Source: an uncultured Planctomycetia bacterium
Lineage (GTDB): Bacteria; Omnitrophota; Gorgyraeia; Duberdicusellales; 4484-171
Reading direction: 5' to 3'
Length of the DNA: 64,000 nt
Assembly: GCA_964629655.1 (NCBI GenBank)
Contig: CAZVQU010000001.1
Location: 292,056 to 356,055 of the forward strand
Both the position numbers and the translations under genes were made by a program. Shown here piece by piece: positions 49,617 through 58,856 of the stretch. A model generated the notes under the pieces. That model was not told the DNA's origin. It saw nothing but the letters and a program-made list of their open reading frames with translations, and searched no databases. The first letter of the stretch is position 1, and each line of letters begins with the position of its first letter.

Positions 49617-50696
49617 TTATTTGCATTGGGCCTTCTTATGAATTGATTTAAAAGCCGAAATAAAATCTCGCATTTGTTCTGCCGGTCCAGCTGTAATTCT
49701 TATGAGGCCTTTTATAGGCGCTGTGGAAAAAGGCCCGCTAATATAAAATTTTTTCTCTTTTAGCAATTTCACCATTTGTTCTCTATCAACTTCTACGGGC
49801 AACTTTGCAAACAAAAAGTTAGTACAAGTTTGGAAAGTTATAACTCCTAACTCCTCTAACTCTTTCGATAAATACTTTATGCCTTCCTTAACGCCCTGGA
49901 CATAATTATTCATAATTTCTAAATGCTCCAAAAGATACTTACCAAATTTTGCTGAAATACCGGTAATTTCATGAGTAAGCTTGGCTTTATACAATTGGCT
50001 AATCTTATCTTTATTACTTATCAAGTACCCTATCCTTAAAGCTGCGACTCCGAACGCTTTGGAAAAAGTTCGCACAATAATCAAGTTGTCAAATTCATTA
50101 ATATACGGCAACATCGTTTCTTCATGAAAATGGTAATAAGCCTCATCAATAATAACTAAAGCCTGATTATCTTTTGCAACTTTAAGTATCTGAAGGAGTT
50201 CTGACTCAGGTAAAGCAGTACCCGTATGATTAGGATTTGCGATAACCACTAATTTTGTCTTATGACCAATAGCATTAAGCACGCTCTCTAAAGGTAACGA
50301 AAAATCTTCGCCGTAAAATACTTCTTTGATTACCCCTCCAAACATAGCGCAATATACTGAATACATCGCGTATGTTGGGGGAAAAACCAACACTTCGTCT
50401 CCCTGCTCCAGATAAACTTCATATATAGCCCTTATGCCTGTATCTGAACCGCTGGTTAAGAGTACTTGATTTCTATCTACATTCATCCATCCGGAAAGCT
50501 TTTCGTAAAACGGCTCCAACTCCGGATAAGCAACAACCTCTTCGGGACTTATACTTTGCCATATTTTTTTCAAATGTTCCTCGGGAAAAGAAACAGTCCG
50601 CTCATTCCTATCTAGCCTAACTACTCTTCCGATTCTATTCACAGAAACAGGCGCTGTCCTAAATAAACGTTTCATATTTTCTTTTGGCTCAATCAT
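49617..50696 (-). CDS. Class II (HisC/CobD-like) PLP-dependent aminotransferase or decarboxylase
   Basis: RLDRNERTVSFPE..., TFSKAFGVAALRIGYLISN matches the HisC-type TxSKxFxLAGxRxGY lysine block. Confidence 0.6.
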   Translation of the reverse strand: MIEPKENMKRLFRTAPVSVNRIGRVVRLDRNERTVSFPEEHLKKIWQSISPEEVVAYPELEPFYEKLSGWMNVDRNQVLLTSGSDTGIRAIYEVYLEQGDEVLVFPPTYAMYSVYCAMFGGVIKEVFYGEDFSLPLESVLNAIGHKTKLVVIANPNHTGTALPESELLQILKVAKDNQALVIIDEAYYHFHEETMLPYINEFDNLIIVRTFSKAFGVAALRIGYLISNKDKISQLYKAKLTHEITGISAKFGKYLLEHLEIMNNYVQGVKEGIKYLSKELEELGVITFQTCTNFLFAKLPVEVDREQMVKLLKEKKFYISGPFSTAPIKGLIRITAGPAEQMRDFISAFKSIHKKAQCK

Positions 50697-50709
50697 AGTT
50701 TAAACCTTC

Positions 50710-51408
50710 TTATTGGCCTCTCATAAAAATCTCTGCCAACTTAAAGTCACCCTCGCTATCAATATCAACCGAACGCCCCTCAGGCATAATATAGGCAAAA
50801 GTTCCCTGTCCGTGGAAGCTTTTTCTTTCTAATATGTAATTGCAAAAAGCCACATATATCGCGCCGTTTAACGCGTAAAAATCAGGAACTTGCTGCCTGT
50901 TATTATTAACCGCCTCCTTCCGTATAAAATCTCTCATGCATCCATCATCCGGCAAAGTATTTACCCAATAGGGATGGTGAGTTACCTTAGATACAGAAAT
51001 AACTGCACGAGCATTTTTTAAAAATAGCAGCTTTATTGCCTTATCAATATCTTCCGGCGCCCTCAATGGAGAAGTAGGCTGAAGTAGGATTAATAAATCG
51101 TAAAGCTCACCGATATTTCTAAACCAGTTAATCGCGTGCAGCACCACATCTATCCCTTGAACCTCATCAGTAGCTAATTCCTTTGGTCTTAAAAAAGGGG
51201 TTTCCGCGCCATATTTTGCTGAAATTTCTGTAATTTCCTCACTATCGGTAGAAACAATAACTCTATCCAGATATTTACTTTTTTTCGCTTCTTCTATGGT
51301 CCATGCAATTAACGGCTTCCCCAATAACGGCCTTACATTCTTATAAGGCAACCTCTTACTTCCGCCGCGTGCGGGAATCAAAGCTAAAATTTTTTTATTT
51401 TTATACAT
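50710..51408 (-). CDS. CMP-nonulosonic acid synthetase (N-acylneuraminate cytidylyltransferase family; NeuA/LegF/PseF-like)
   Basis: ILALIPARGGSKRLPYKNVRPLLGKPLIAWTIE is the hallmark CTP_transf_3 NeuA motif; 232 aa. Confidence 0.8.
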   Translation of the reverse strand: MYKNKKILALIPARGGSKRLPYKNVRPLLGKPLIAWTIEEAKKSKYLDRVIVSTDSEEITEISAKYGAETPFLRPKELATDEVQGIDVVLHAINWFRNIGELYDLLILLQPTSPLRAPEDIDKAIKLLFLKNARAVISVSKVTHHPYWVNTLPDDGCMRDFIRKEAVNNNRQQVPDFYALNGAIYVAFCNYILERKSFHGQGTFAYIMPEGRSVDIDSEGDFKLAEIFMRGQ

Positions 51409-51420
51409 ACATAGTAAGTT

Positions 51421-52494
51421 TTATAATGACCGAAATTTATCCATTGCTTCCTTGTATTCCTCCCACTGTCCAACATCTATATAAGATTTTTCTGACACAG
51501 GGTACGTTCCAACGCTTTCTCCCCTATCCAAGAGTAGTTGGATTAAATCAGTCATGTCAAAACATCCTTTATCGGGAATAAAATCAAGACATTTTTTAGA
51601 CAATATATATACCCCCGTATTTATGGTGAAATCAAATTCCGGCTTTTCCTGAATTTCTTTCATTCTCCCCTGTTTTTCAAAATGGATAATGCCATAAGGG
51701 ACTCTATAGTGCTGGATAGAGCCAATAATGGTCAGAATATTATTATTTTTACTATGAAAATTCAGCAAATCTCTATAATCTGCATCTACAATAATGTCGC
51801 TGTTAGAAACTATAAAAGTTTCCTTCATGCAAGATGGTAATAATTTTAGACTGCCTGCTGTCCCTAAAAATTCTTTTTCCTGAATATACTCTACCTTATA
51901 ATCCTTCTCTATACCTTCTAAGTAAATCTTGATCATCTCACCCTTGTAATTTAAAGTAATATAAAATGAGTCAACACCATACTGTCTAAATTTATCTATT
52001 ATCATTTTGATAATCGGCTTATCACCCAATGGAATAAGAGATTTGGGAAATATTTTTGTGAAAGGTCCTAACCGCTCGCCCTTGCCGCCAGCCATTATAA
52101 CGACAGGGGTATCAATCTTTTTGTGAAAAAATGTATCCTTTCCAAATATATCTTTCCAAAACAAAACGTCTACGATTCTTCTTCTTTCGTCTAATACGGG
52201 AATAACCTCAATAGTCTTATCCAACATTAATCTTCTCGCATCATCGTTCACATAATCACCCTCTACAACAAAAACTGGATTTTTGTTAAAGCATTTGGCG
52301 ATACTTTCTTTTAAGTCACCGGTTTGTAAAATCCTTCGTCTTATGTCACCGTCAGTAAGTGAACCGGTCAAAAAGTTATCCTCGTCGCAAACAAACAGCG
52401 TTGCCATTCCAGCCTTATCAATTCTCTTTAGAGCTTCTTTTATCGAAGCTTGCGGACTAATTTTTATTTTTGTAATTACATCTTCCATGTTCAC
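51421..52494 (-). CDS. CBS-pair + sugar-phosphate nucleotidyltransferase (PtmE-like NTP:hexosamine-1-phosphate nucleotidyltransferase)
   Basis: N-terminal tandem CBS domains (VCDEDNFLTGSLTDGDIRRRIL ... IPVLDERRRIVDVL), then VVIMAGGKGERLGPFTKIFPKSLIPLG (the GxGxRL NTP-transferase motif). Confidence 0.7.
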   Translation of the reverse strand: MNMEDVITKIKISPQASIKEALKRIDKAGMATLFVCDEDNFLTGSLTDGDIRRRILQTGDLKESIAKCFNKNPVFVVEGDYVNDDARRLMLDKTIEVIPVLDERRRIVDVLFWKDIFGKDTFFHKKIDTPVVIMAGGKGERLGPFTKIFPKSLIPLGDKPIIKMIIDKFRQYGVDSFYITLNYKGEMIKIYLEGIEKDYKVEYIQEKEFLGTAGSLKLLPSCMKETFIVSNSDIIVDADYRDLLNFHSKNNNILTIIGSIQHYRVPYGIIHFEKQGRMKEIQEKPEFDFTINTGVYILSKKCLDFIPDKGCFDMTDLIQLLLDRGESVGTYPVSEKSYIDVGQWEEYKEAMDKFRSL

Positions 52495-52495
52495 A

Positions 52496-53617
52496 TTAAT
52501 CCTCTAAGCTTTTATAAATAGGATCTTTTAGCCTCCACTCACCATTAGCATCCTTTTTGAATAAATCACGGTTGTAATGCTTATCGACGATTGCCCAGAA
52601 TTCTTTAGCCGAGTAGCCCAAAAAATTTATAAAATCGTTCACCACTTTTGGGTCAAGATCATGGTCATGTTTTTTCACTAACCGGATACCTTTTTCTCTT
52701 GTAATTAATCCATATCTAATGAATTTAGCTGCATAATCTGTCGCAGTTGCGTGGCCAAACTTTGGGTATTTCAACCATGGATGAACCAAGTAGGCTCGAC
52801 TGTCTACTTGATCAAAATCCTCAATATGATGTGTTCTTCTCCACTCATGGGTTAAACTCTTAAATCCTCTGCTTTTTGCAAAACCATAATTTCCATAGCT
52901 ATTCCATTGCACAAAATAGCTTAAGTATATCGGTTCAATCTTATTAATATCTTGGCTTGAAACATATTTACAGAGTTCCAAGTTATTAATAATGATGTTG
53001 TCATCTATGAGTTCTTCCCAGGGTATATCAGAAGCTACACCGTTAGATATCTGTTCTTTTGCAGAAAAGGTTTCCTCCTGCTGTTCTCCTCCATATTCAT
53101 AGGTAACATTCTCTCCATACACCAGTAAAGGTATAGAAAACTTTACCGCCATATGTATAGGAAAGGTGTAAATTAATCTGTCTATATACCAAGTGGGTTG
53201 CCCATATCTCTCAAACGTTTTTCTCATTATATGTTTTTGGGCTTTTATATTGGGTTTAAGACTTATGATTTCACAATCAAACTCTTCAGAAATATTTCTT
53301 ATATTATGCAGGCCGGCTTTGGTCATAGGAAAATTATCTTCCACAGTAACCAGCAAAGGATTCATACCCATAAGCTCTTTCATCACATGGACTTGAAAAT
53401 GGCTATCTTTCCCCCCACTTACTGCTATTAAACAATCGTGTTTGCCTGAATCTTTTCTTCTATACTTATCACAAATCTTCTCCAGCTCTTTTCGTCTCTT
53501 GCCCCAATCGATATCCTTTCTTCTTCCATATGAACGACAGGGTTGACAAACTCCTTCCTCATCAAAAGTAATCCCCGGTCTTGTATCGGGCATTACGCAT
53601 TTCTTGCAATATTTCAC
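52496..53617 (-). CDS. N-acetyl-sugar amidotransferase (PP-loop ATPase; WbuX/PseA/LegA-like)
   Basis: N-terminal Cys-x2-Cys ... Cys-x2-Cys zinc ribbon (CKKCVMPDT...CQPCRSY), then LIAVSGGKDSHF (SGGxDS PP-loop). Confidence 0.7.
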   Translation of the reverse strand: MKYCKKCVMPDTRPGITFDEEGVCQPCRSYGRRKDIDWGKRRKELEKICDKYRRKDSGKHDCLIAVSGGKDSHFQVHVMKELMGMNPLLVTVEDNFPMTKAGLHNIRNISEEFDCEIISLKPNIKAQKHIMRKTFERYGQPTWYIDRLIYTFPIHMAVKFSIPLLVYGENVTYEYGGEQQEETFSAKEQISNGVASDIPWEELIDDNIIINNLELCKYVSSQDINKIEPIYLSYFVQWNSYGNYGFAKSRGFKSLTHEWRRTHHIEDFDQVDSRAYLVHPWLKYPKFGHATATDYAAKFIRYGLITREKGIRLVKKHDHDLDPKVVNDFINFLGYSAKEFWAIVDKHYNRDLFKKDANGEWRLKDPIYKSLED

Positions 53618-53671
53618 AATACTACCTCCTACAGCTTTAGATCCAAGAATCTACACCTAGCATTAGCTAAA

Positions 53672-54829
53672 TTATATATCATAAAATTTTTTCCGTATAA
53701 TATTAGTTATATTGTAGCGTTTAAGAATATTTTTAATTCTGACGGCGGCATTTCCATCACCGTATAGGTTCTTAATGTTTTTAAGCCTTCTCTGAAAATA
53801 TTTAGAGTATATTTTTTTGAAAGCATCGGTAAGTGCGTCTTTCGTAGGCGCACAATCAATTACGCTTTTTGCTTTAATTCTTCCTTTTTGTCTGTCTCCG
53901 ATATTTACTGTGGCAATTTTAAAACTTGGAGCCTCACCAATACCACTTGATGAGTTACCTACAACCGCATCAACAAATTGCATGGTGGACAGATAATTAA
54001 GCTGCCCCATAGAAGTAAAAGCAGTCGCTTTTTGAGGGTTTTTCTTTACATATTCATCGATCAATTGATTAATTTTCCTGCCTCCTGAATCAGCATTTGC
54101 TTTTGTAAAAACTATATTGGTATTTTTTAATCCATTCAGTACATTCAATATTTTCTTAAATTGGGTACCCGATGTATTGTTTTCCAAAGTAACAGGATGA
54201 AAAGTAACCAAAATATTAAATCTATTAAATTTTAAATTCAACCTTTTTTCTAGCTCTTTTTTCGACAAAAAATCCTGATTTTTTATATTATCTAAACTTA
54301 ACGAACCTACACGAAAAACTCGACTGGGATCCTCACCTAGCTGGATAACTCTCCTCCTATACTTCTCTGTAGAAGTAAAATGTAACTGGCTCATTTTAGT
54401 TATGGAGTGGCGAAAGGCATCGTCAATAGCACCTTCAGTCAACTCACCTCCGCAAATATGAGCAATAGGAATTCTTTGTATGTGAGCCGCTACGGCTGCA
54501 CTAAAAATTTCAAATCTATCGCCTAAAATAACCACCATATCCGGCTTTAGTTTTAAGTAGGCTTTAGAGATTCTAACTAGAGCATGAGCCATGGATTTAG
54601 TAATACCTATATTGCTATCTGAACTTAAAACTATACTTACTTTTTTATCGATTTTAAAACCGTCCTGGATAATTTCTTGATATGTTAAGCCAAATTCACT
54701 AGATAAGTGAGTTCCAGTTACAACTAACTGTAATTTTAAACCGCGATCTTCCTTAATCTCTTTAATCAATGGCCGCAAAATCCCATATTCAGCCCGAGAA
54801 CCTGTGACTACACAAATCTTCCTACTCAT
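53672..54829 (-). CDS. neuC: UDP-N-acetylglucosamine 2-epimerase, hydrolysing (NeuC/LegG-like)
   Basis: ICVVTGSRAEYGILRPL..., ILGDRFEIFSAAVAAHIQRIPIAHICGGELTEG (the GDRxE ... HIxGGE NeuC pattern); 4-nt overlap with the neuB-like gene. Confidence 0.8.
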   Translation of the reverse strand: MSRKICVVTGSRAEYGILRPLIKEIKEDRGLKLQLVVTGTHLSSEFGLTYQEIIQDGFKIDKKVSIVLSSDSNIGITKSMAHALVRISKAYLKLKPDMVVILGDRFEIFSAAVAAHIQRIPIAHICGGELTEGAIDDAFRHSITKMSQLHFTSTEKYRRRVIQLGEDPSRVFRVGSLSLDNIKNQDFLSKKELEKRLNLKFNRFNILVTFHPVTLENNTSGTQFKKILNVLNGLKNTNIVFTKANADSGGRKINQLIDEYVKKNPQKATAFTSMGQLNYLSTMQFVDAVVGNSSSGIGEAPSFKIATVNIGDRQKGRIKAKSVIDCAPTKDALTDAFKKIYSKYFQRRLKNIKNLYGDGNAAVRIKNILKRYNITNIIRKKFYDI

Positions 54830-55830
54830 AGTTCTATTGGTTGATCCACCAAGAAATCTTTCTTGGCAGTTTTTCCTATTACCTTATCCCACTCCATGGG
54901 ATTTATACCTTTTCCCGGCCTTTTTGTAATAATGTTTTCTTCGGTGAAAATATCTCCTTCTTTTATATTTTTTGCTGCTATTATACTTTTTCTGACTATA
55001 GGCCTATTTTTAAGCTCTGAGGGCGAAGTTTCTTTTACCCCATCACCTAGCGCCATTTCAACGTTTCGTATACCCACTATCATAGTCTTCAATTCATCGG
55101 GTTCTAATGATATTTTATGGTCGGGTCCTTCCATGTTTCTATCCAGTGTAAAATGTTTTTCTATAACTCTTGCACCTAAAGCCACGGCAGCAATAGGCAT
55201 TTCTATACCAAGAGTATGGTCAGAATACCCCACAGCCACTTTAAAGGTTTCTCCTATTGTAACCATTGCTCTTAAATTTACATCTTTACAGGGAGTTGGA
55301 TATTCTGTGTTGCACTGTAAAATAGTTATTTTTGCCTTTTCAGTTCCTGCTTTTATTAAAATATCTAATGCATTCTCTATCTCTTTCAAATCTGCCATGC
55401 CCGTCGACATTATGATTTCTTTCCCCAAACTTCCGACCTTTCTTAAAAGGGGAAGATTGGTTATTTCTCCTGATGGAACTTTAAAAATCTTAAGCCCGAG
55501 TCCGTTAAGCATGTCTACACTTTCCAGATCAAATGGGGAAGACAAAAATATAATACCTTTTTTCTCACAGTAGTTGAAAAGTTCTTCGTGAACTTGAGCA
55601 GTTAATTCCAACTTTTTTACCATCTCTAGCTGGGACTCCTCCCTATTGGTCGTCATTTGCTGATACTCAGCTTTTGGCGCGTATCTACTTATAGCCTTTC
55701 CGCTTTTAAACGACTGAAACTTTATAGCATCTGCCTTGGCTTCCAAGGCAACATCAACCATTTTTTTCGCTATTTCGGCATTGCCATTATGACTGATGCC
55801 TGCCTCCGCTATAATAAAAACTTTTTTCAT
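54826..55830 (-). CDS. neuB: Nonulosonic acid synthase (N-acetylneuraminate synthase family; NeuB/LegI/PseI-like)
   Basis: KVFIIAEAGISHNGNAEIAKKMVDVALEAKADAIKFQSF (the IIAEAG.NHNG NeuB signature); C-terminal SAF/antifreeze-like domain. Confidence 0.85.
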   Translation of the reverse strand: MKKVFIIAEAGISHNGNAEIAKKMVDVALEAKADAIKFQSFKSGKAISRYAPKAEYQQMTTNREESQLEMVKKLELTAQVHEELFNYCEKKGIIFLSSPFDLESVDMLNGLGLKIFKVPSGEITNLPLLRKVGSLGKEIIMSTGMADLKEIENALDILIKAGTEKAKITILQCNTEYPTPCKDVNLRAMVTIGETFKVAVGYSDHTLGIEMPIAAVALGARVIEKHFTLDRNMEGPDHKISLEPDELKTMIVGIRNVEMALGDGVKETSPSELKNRPIVRKSIIAAKNIKEGDIFTEENIITKRPGKGINPMEWDKVIGKTAKKDFLVDQPIEL

Positions 55831-55930
55831 TTTGAGTTACCTATAAAGTGCGTTAAACGTACAAGTTTAGCCCTTTCATTCTATAACTATGCAGGATTGA
55901 GCCGAACTGTAGGGACTTGGAATCGGGCAA

Positions 55931-55949
55931 TTTTCAAACAGTTTGAAAA
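55931..55949. promoter_or_regulatory. Perfect 19-bp palindrome in the 255-bp neuB-upstream intergenic gap; candidate operator or regulator binding site
   Basis: ttttcaaac a gtttgaaaa: 9-bp perfect inverted arms around a single central base. It lies about 100-120 bp upstream of the neuB-like start at 55830, in the only intergenic gap over 130 bp in the window. Confidence 0.3.
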
Positions 55950-56085
55950 ATTTTTCCTAAGATCTACCTCCTTTCCTGAAGCGTAAGATTTAGTCTGGAT
56001 ATTTTGCCCCCTCATATTCCATTCTCCTTTTCTGCATACTAAATTACCTTATACTTACCCATTGAAAAAGCTCCAACATTTATTC

Positions 56086-56736
56086 CTAAAATATTGTCAT
56101 AGACTTGTTCTTAATGTCGGGGAAAAAGAAAGAACGATTAGCTATATTTTGATCAACAGTACCCCCTGCTTTTATCTTGTTTTCAGAACCAATGCTCATA
56201 TTAGGCAAAATATTGCTTGAGGTTCCAAAAAAGTTATTATTATCTATTCTCGCATGGCCGGCAACTCGCACATTGGGAGAAAAAACGTTATTACTGCCAA
56301 TACTGCAACCATGAGCTACGGTAGTGTGGTAGTTTAATATATTGAAATCGCCTATGCTTACATTAGGTCCCACTATACAGTAAGGAGCTATTATATTCCC
56401 CAACCCAATATTTGTATTTGCACCTACTAAGACAGTATGATGTATAAGGTTAATGAACTCTGCGTTTTTTTTATTTAAAATATCTATAACCTTATTTCTT
56501 ATTTCTTGAATTCCGATAGCTATTATTACGTAGTCGTTCGGACCCAGTGTATATGTCCTTTCATCTCCAAGCAAAGGTTTCTCGAACTTATATTTTTTAA
56601 AATCCTTACTGCTGATGCTTAAATATCCTTTAATTTGATACTGATACAAGCTAAGATTATGCTGTCGATTATTATTTATATATTCTGTTACTTCAGCAGC
56701 TAATCCCCCAGTTCCAACGATAATAATATCTTTCAA
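56086..56736 (-). CDS. PglD/NeuD/LegH-family hexapeptide-repeat sugar N-acyltransferase
   Basis: N-terminal Rossmann-like MKDIIIVGTGGLAAEVTEYI, then left-handed beta-helix hexapeptide repeats (IGLGNIIAPYCIVGPNVSIGDFNILNYHTTV...). Confidence 0.7.
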   Translation of the reverse strand: MKDIIIVGTGGLAAEVTEYINNNRQHNLSLYQYQIKGYLSISSKDFKKYKFEKPLLGDERTYTLGPNDYVIIAIGIQEIRNKVIDILNKKNAEFINLIHHTVLVGANTNIGLGNIIAPYCIVGPNVSIGDFNILNYHTTVAHGCSIGSNNVFSPNVRVAGHARIDNNNFFGTSSNILPNMSIGSENKIKAGGTVDQNIANRSFFFPDIKNKSMTIF

Positions 56737-56840
56737 CCTCTTCCTCCTTAATATTTAATCGTATAGTAAAAGCCTGACCCCAAACACTAACTTAGCTATT
56801 ATCAATCCTCAAATATTTCCTTTAATTCAATAGAAAATAA

Positions 56841-57548
56841 TTATAACATAACTCCGCCAAGATATACCGTCTGACCGGTAATAAAGCTACTTTCGTCCTT
56901 AATAAAAAAATCGATAACGTTTGCAATGTCTATATACTTTCCTGTCCTCTTTATTGCTTGAAGGTTAATAACTTTCTCGATCGCCTCCTTTGGGAATATT
57001 TGCAACATATCCGTACCAATTACGGCTGGACCGATAGCATTGCAGGTAATATCAAAAGGAGCAAATTCTTTAGCAAAAATCTGGGTTAACTTATCAATAG
57101 CGGCTTTCGAAGCAGCGTATGCAGATTCTCCTTCAAGTTTTAACGGCACCGCCCCCGAAGTAAAATTAACTATCCGTCCATATTTTCGCTTAGACATAAT
57201 TTTTGCAGCCTCTCTGCAAAAAAGGAATGTTCCAAAAGTATTGGTCTTGAAAACTTCCTCAATTGTGGAATAAGGAGTCAGTATGCTATGATTAAAAGAA
57301 GCTGTACCCGCGTTATTGATTAAGATGTCAAGCCTACGATATTTCCGCCTAATATCGTTGAACATCGTCACTACCTCTTTCTCATTCTTGATGTCTAAGC
57401 AAAAATGTCTATAGCAGTCGGATTCTATATTGCTCTCATGCCTGCTGCAACCTATTATCATATATCCACGTTCAAGATAGTGTTCCACAAGGTATCTTCC
57501 AATCCCTCTGCTGGTACCAGTAACAAGCATTATCTTTTTTTCTTTCAT
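56841..57548 (-). CDS. Short-chain dehydrogenase/reductase, FabG-like 3-oxoacyl-ACP reductase
   Basis: IMLVTGTSRGIGRYL (TGxxxGIG), NNAG, YAASKAA (YxxxK). Confidence 0.8.
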   Translation of the reverse strand: MKEKKIMLVTGTSRGIGRYLVEHYLERGYMIIGCSRHESNIESDCYRHFCLDIKNEKEVVTMFNDIRRKYRRLDILINNAGTASFNHSILTPYSTIEEVFKTNTFGTFLFCREAAKIMSKRKYGRIVNFTSGAVPLKLEGESAYAASKAAIDKLTQIFAKEFAPFDITCNAIGPAVIGTDMLQIFPKEAIEKVINLQAIKRTGKYIDIANVIDFFIKDESSFITGQTVYLGGVML

Positions 57549-57841
57549 TTTTTTGCCTTTTCTAATAGGACCATAATATAATCTACGAACGAACCAACGC
57601 TTCTAAAAGGGCTATCCTTATATGAAAAAACTTTTTCATCGGCAATAGCAGTGTTTACCAAAAATTCATCTGCAATCTTCTGCTCTACGTCAGTAATAAA
57701 TGTGACAAAGGCCATTGAATCAAAAATTCCTTGGCTACCAAACAATTCCATCTTTTCTGAAATGTCTTCATTTTGATTACTCTGCAATGCAGACACCTCT
57801 CTAATGCTTTCAAAAATTATCTCCTTTATTTTTTTACGCAT
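57545..57841 (-). CDS. Acyl carrier protein
   Basis: 98 aa, acidic. GIFDSMAFVTF carries the phosphopantetheine-attachment Ser in a D-S-(L/M) context. It overlaps the FabG-like gene by 4 nt and is flanked by the FabH-like gene. Confidence 0.6.
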   Translation of the reverse strand: MRKKIKEIIFESIREVSALQSNQNEDISEKMELFGSQGIFDSMAFVTFITDVEQKIADEFLVNTAIADEKVFSYKDSPFRSVGSFVDYIMVLLEKAKK

Positions 57842-57872
57842 ATTTTACTCTCTTGCTCAAACGTCTCTTCTT

Positions 57873-58856
57873 TTATAATCGAATTAACGTCGTCCCCCAT
57901 GATAATCCACCACCAAAAACAACTAACATAATTAAATCATTACTCGCTGCTTTTTTACTCTTAATTAGCTCGTCTAGCCCTATTAATGTTGATGCCGCTG
58001 CAGTATTTCCATACTTGTCAACGTTTACAACAAACTTATCATAATCAAAGTCTAACCGTGCAGACAACTCTTTAATGATGTTTATATTTGCCTGATGGGG
58101 AATTATAAATTTAATTTGTTCTTTTCTGATTCCCGTTACCGTTAAAATTTCGTTGACAACCTCTACCCCTTTATTAATAGCAAATTCATACACCTGTTTC
58201 CCATACATCCTAAAATAAAAATCATTATGATTCTTGATCCGATAACCGGGCAACATCGTTCCTCCACCCGGAACCTGTATTGTATCAGCGCCCGAACCAT
58301 CGCTATGTAATATAGAATGAATTATTCCGGAATCCATACCACTTGCGGCTGATAAAAGAACTGCACCTGCACCATCGCCAAAGTAAGGATAGGTAGAAAA
58401 ATCTTTTGGGTTTAAATAGCGGGAATATATTTCTGCTCCTACTACTAATACATTTTTGCAAAAGCCTGCCCTAATCATTGAGTCAGCGCCATATAATGCA
58501 AAAATTCCGCCACTACATACGGAGTTAATGTCAAAAGCAAAAGCATTAATTGCCCCTATTAAATGCTGGACTCGAGTTGCAGTTGCAGGCTGTATTCTAT
58601 CTGGAGAGGAAGTTGCAAGAATAATTGCCTCAATTTCACAAGGTTTGATAGGAGCCTTCTCGAGACAGCTTTTTGCTGCCAGAAACGCCAAATCGGATGT
58701 AGATTGATTTTCTTCTGCAAACCTACGAACTTTCACCCCTGTTTTTTGTTCAATTAAAGGAATGCTTATTTTAGGAAAGTTAGTGAGTTCATCGTTTGCA
58801 ACGACATTTTCTGGGACATAACTTCCAGTTGATACAATCTTTGATCTAATTGACAT
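57873..58856 (-). CDS. 3-oxoacyl-ACP synthase III (FabH/KAS III-like)
   Basis: IVSTGSYVPENVV..., active-site Cys in AFDINSVCSGGIFAL, C-terminal H/N region (IPHQANINII...); 327 aa. Confidence 0.8.
   Translation of the reverse strand: MSIRSKIVSTGSYVPENVVANDELTNFPKISIPLIEQKTGVKVRRFAEENQSTSDLAFLAAKSCLEKAPIKPCEIEAIILATSSPDRIQPATATRVQHLIGAINAFAFDINSVCSGGIFALYGADSMIRAGFCKNVLVVGAEIYSRYLNPKDFSTYPYFGDGAGAVLLSAASGMDSGIIHSILHSDGSGADTIQVPGGGTMLPGYRIKNHNDFYFRMYGKQVYEFAINKGVEVVNEILTVTGIRKEQIKFIIPHQANINIIKELSARLDFDYDKFVVNVDKYGNTAAASTLIGLDELIKSKKAASNDLIMLVVFGGGLSWGTTLIRL

Noticed and set aside
55657-55986. 109-aa plus-strand ORF spanning the neuB start and the intergenic gap
   Set aside because: It overlaps the NeuB-like N-terminus in antisense and runs through the AT-rich promoter region. 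There is no domain signal. The palindrome inside the gap is better explained as a regulatory site.
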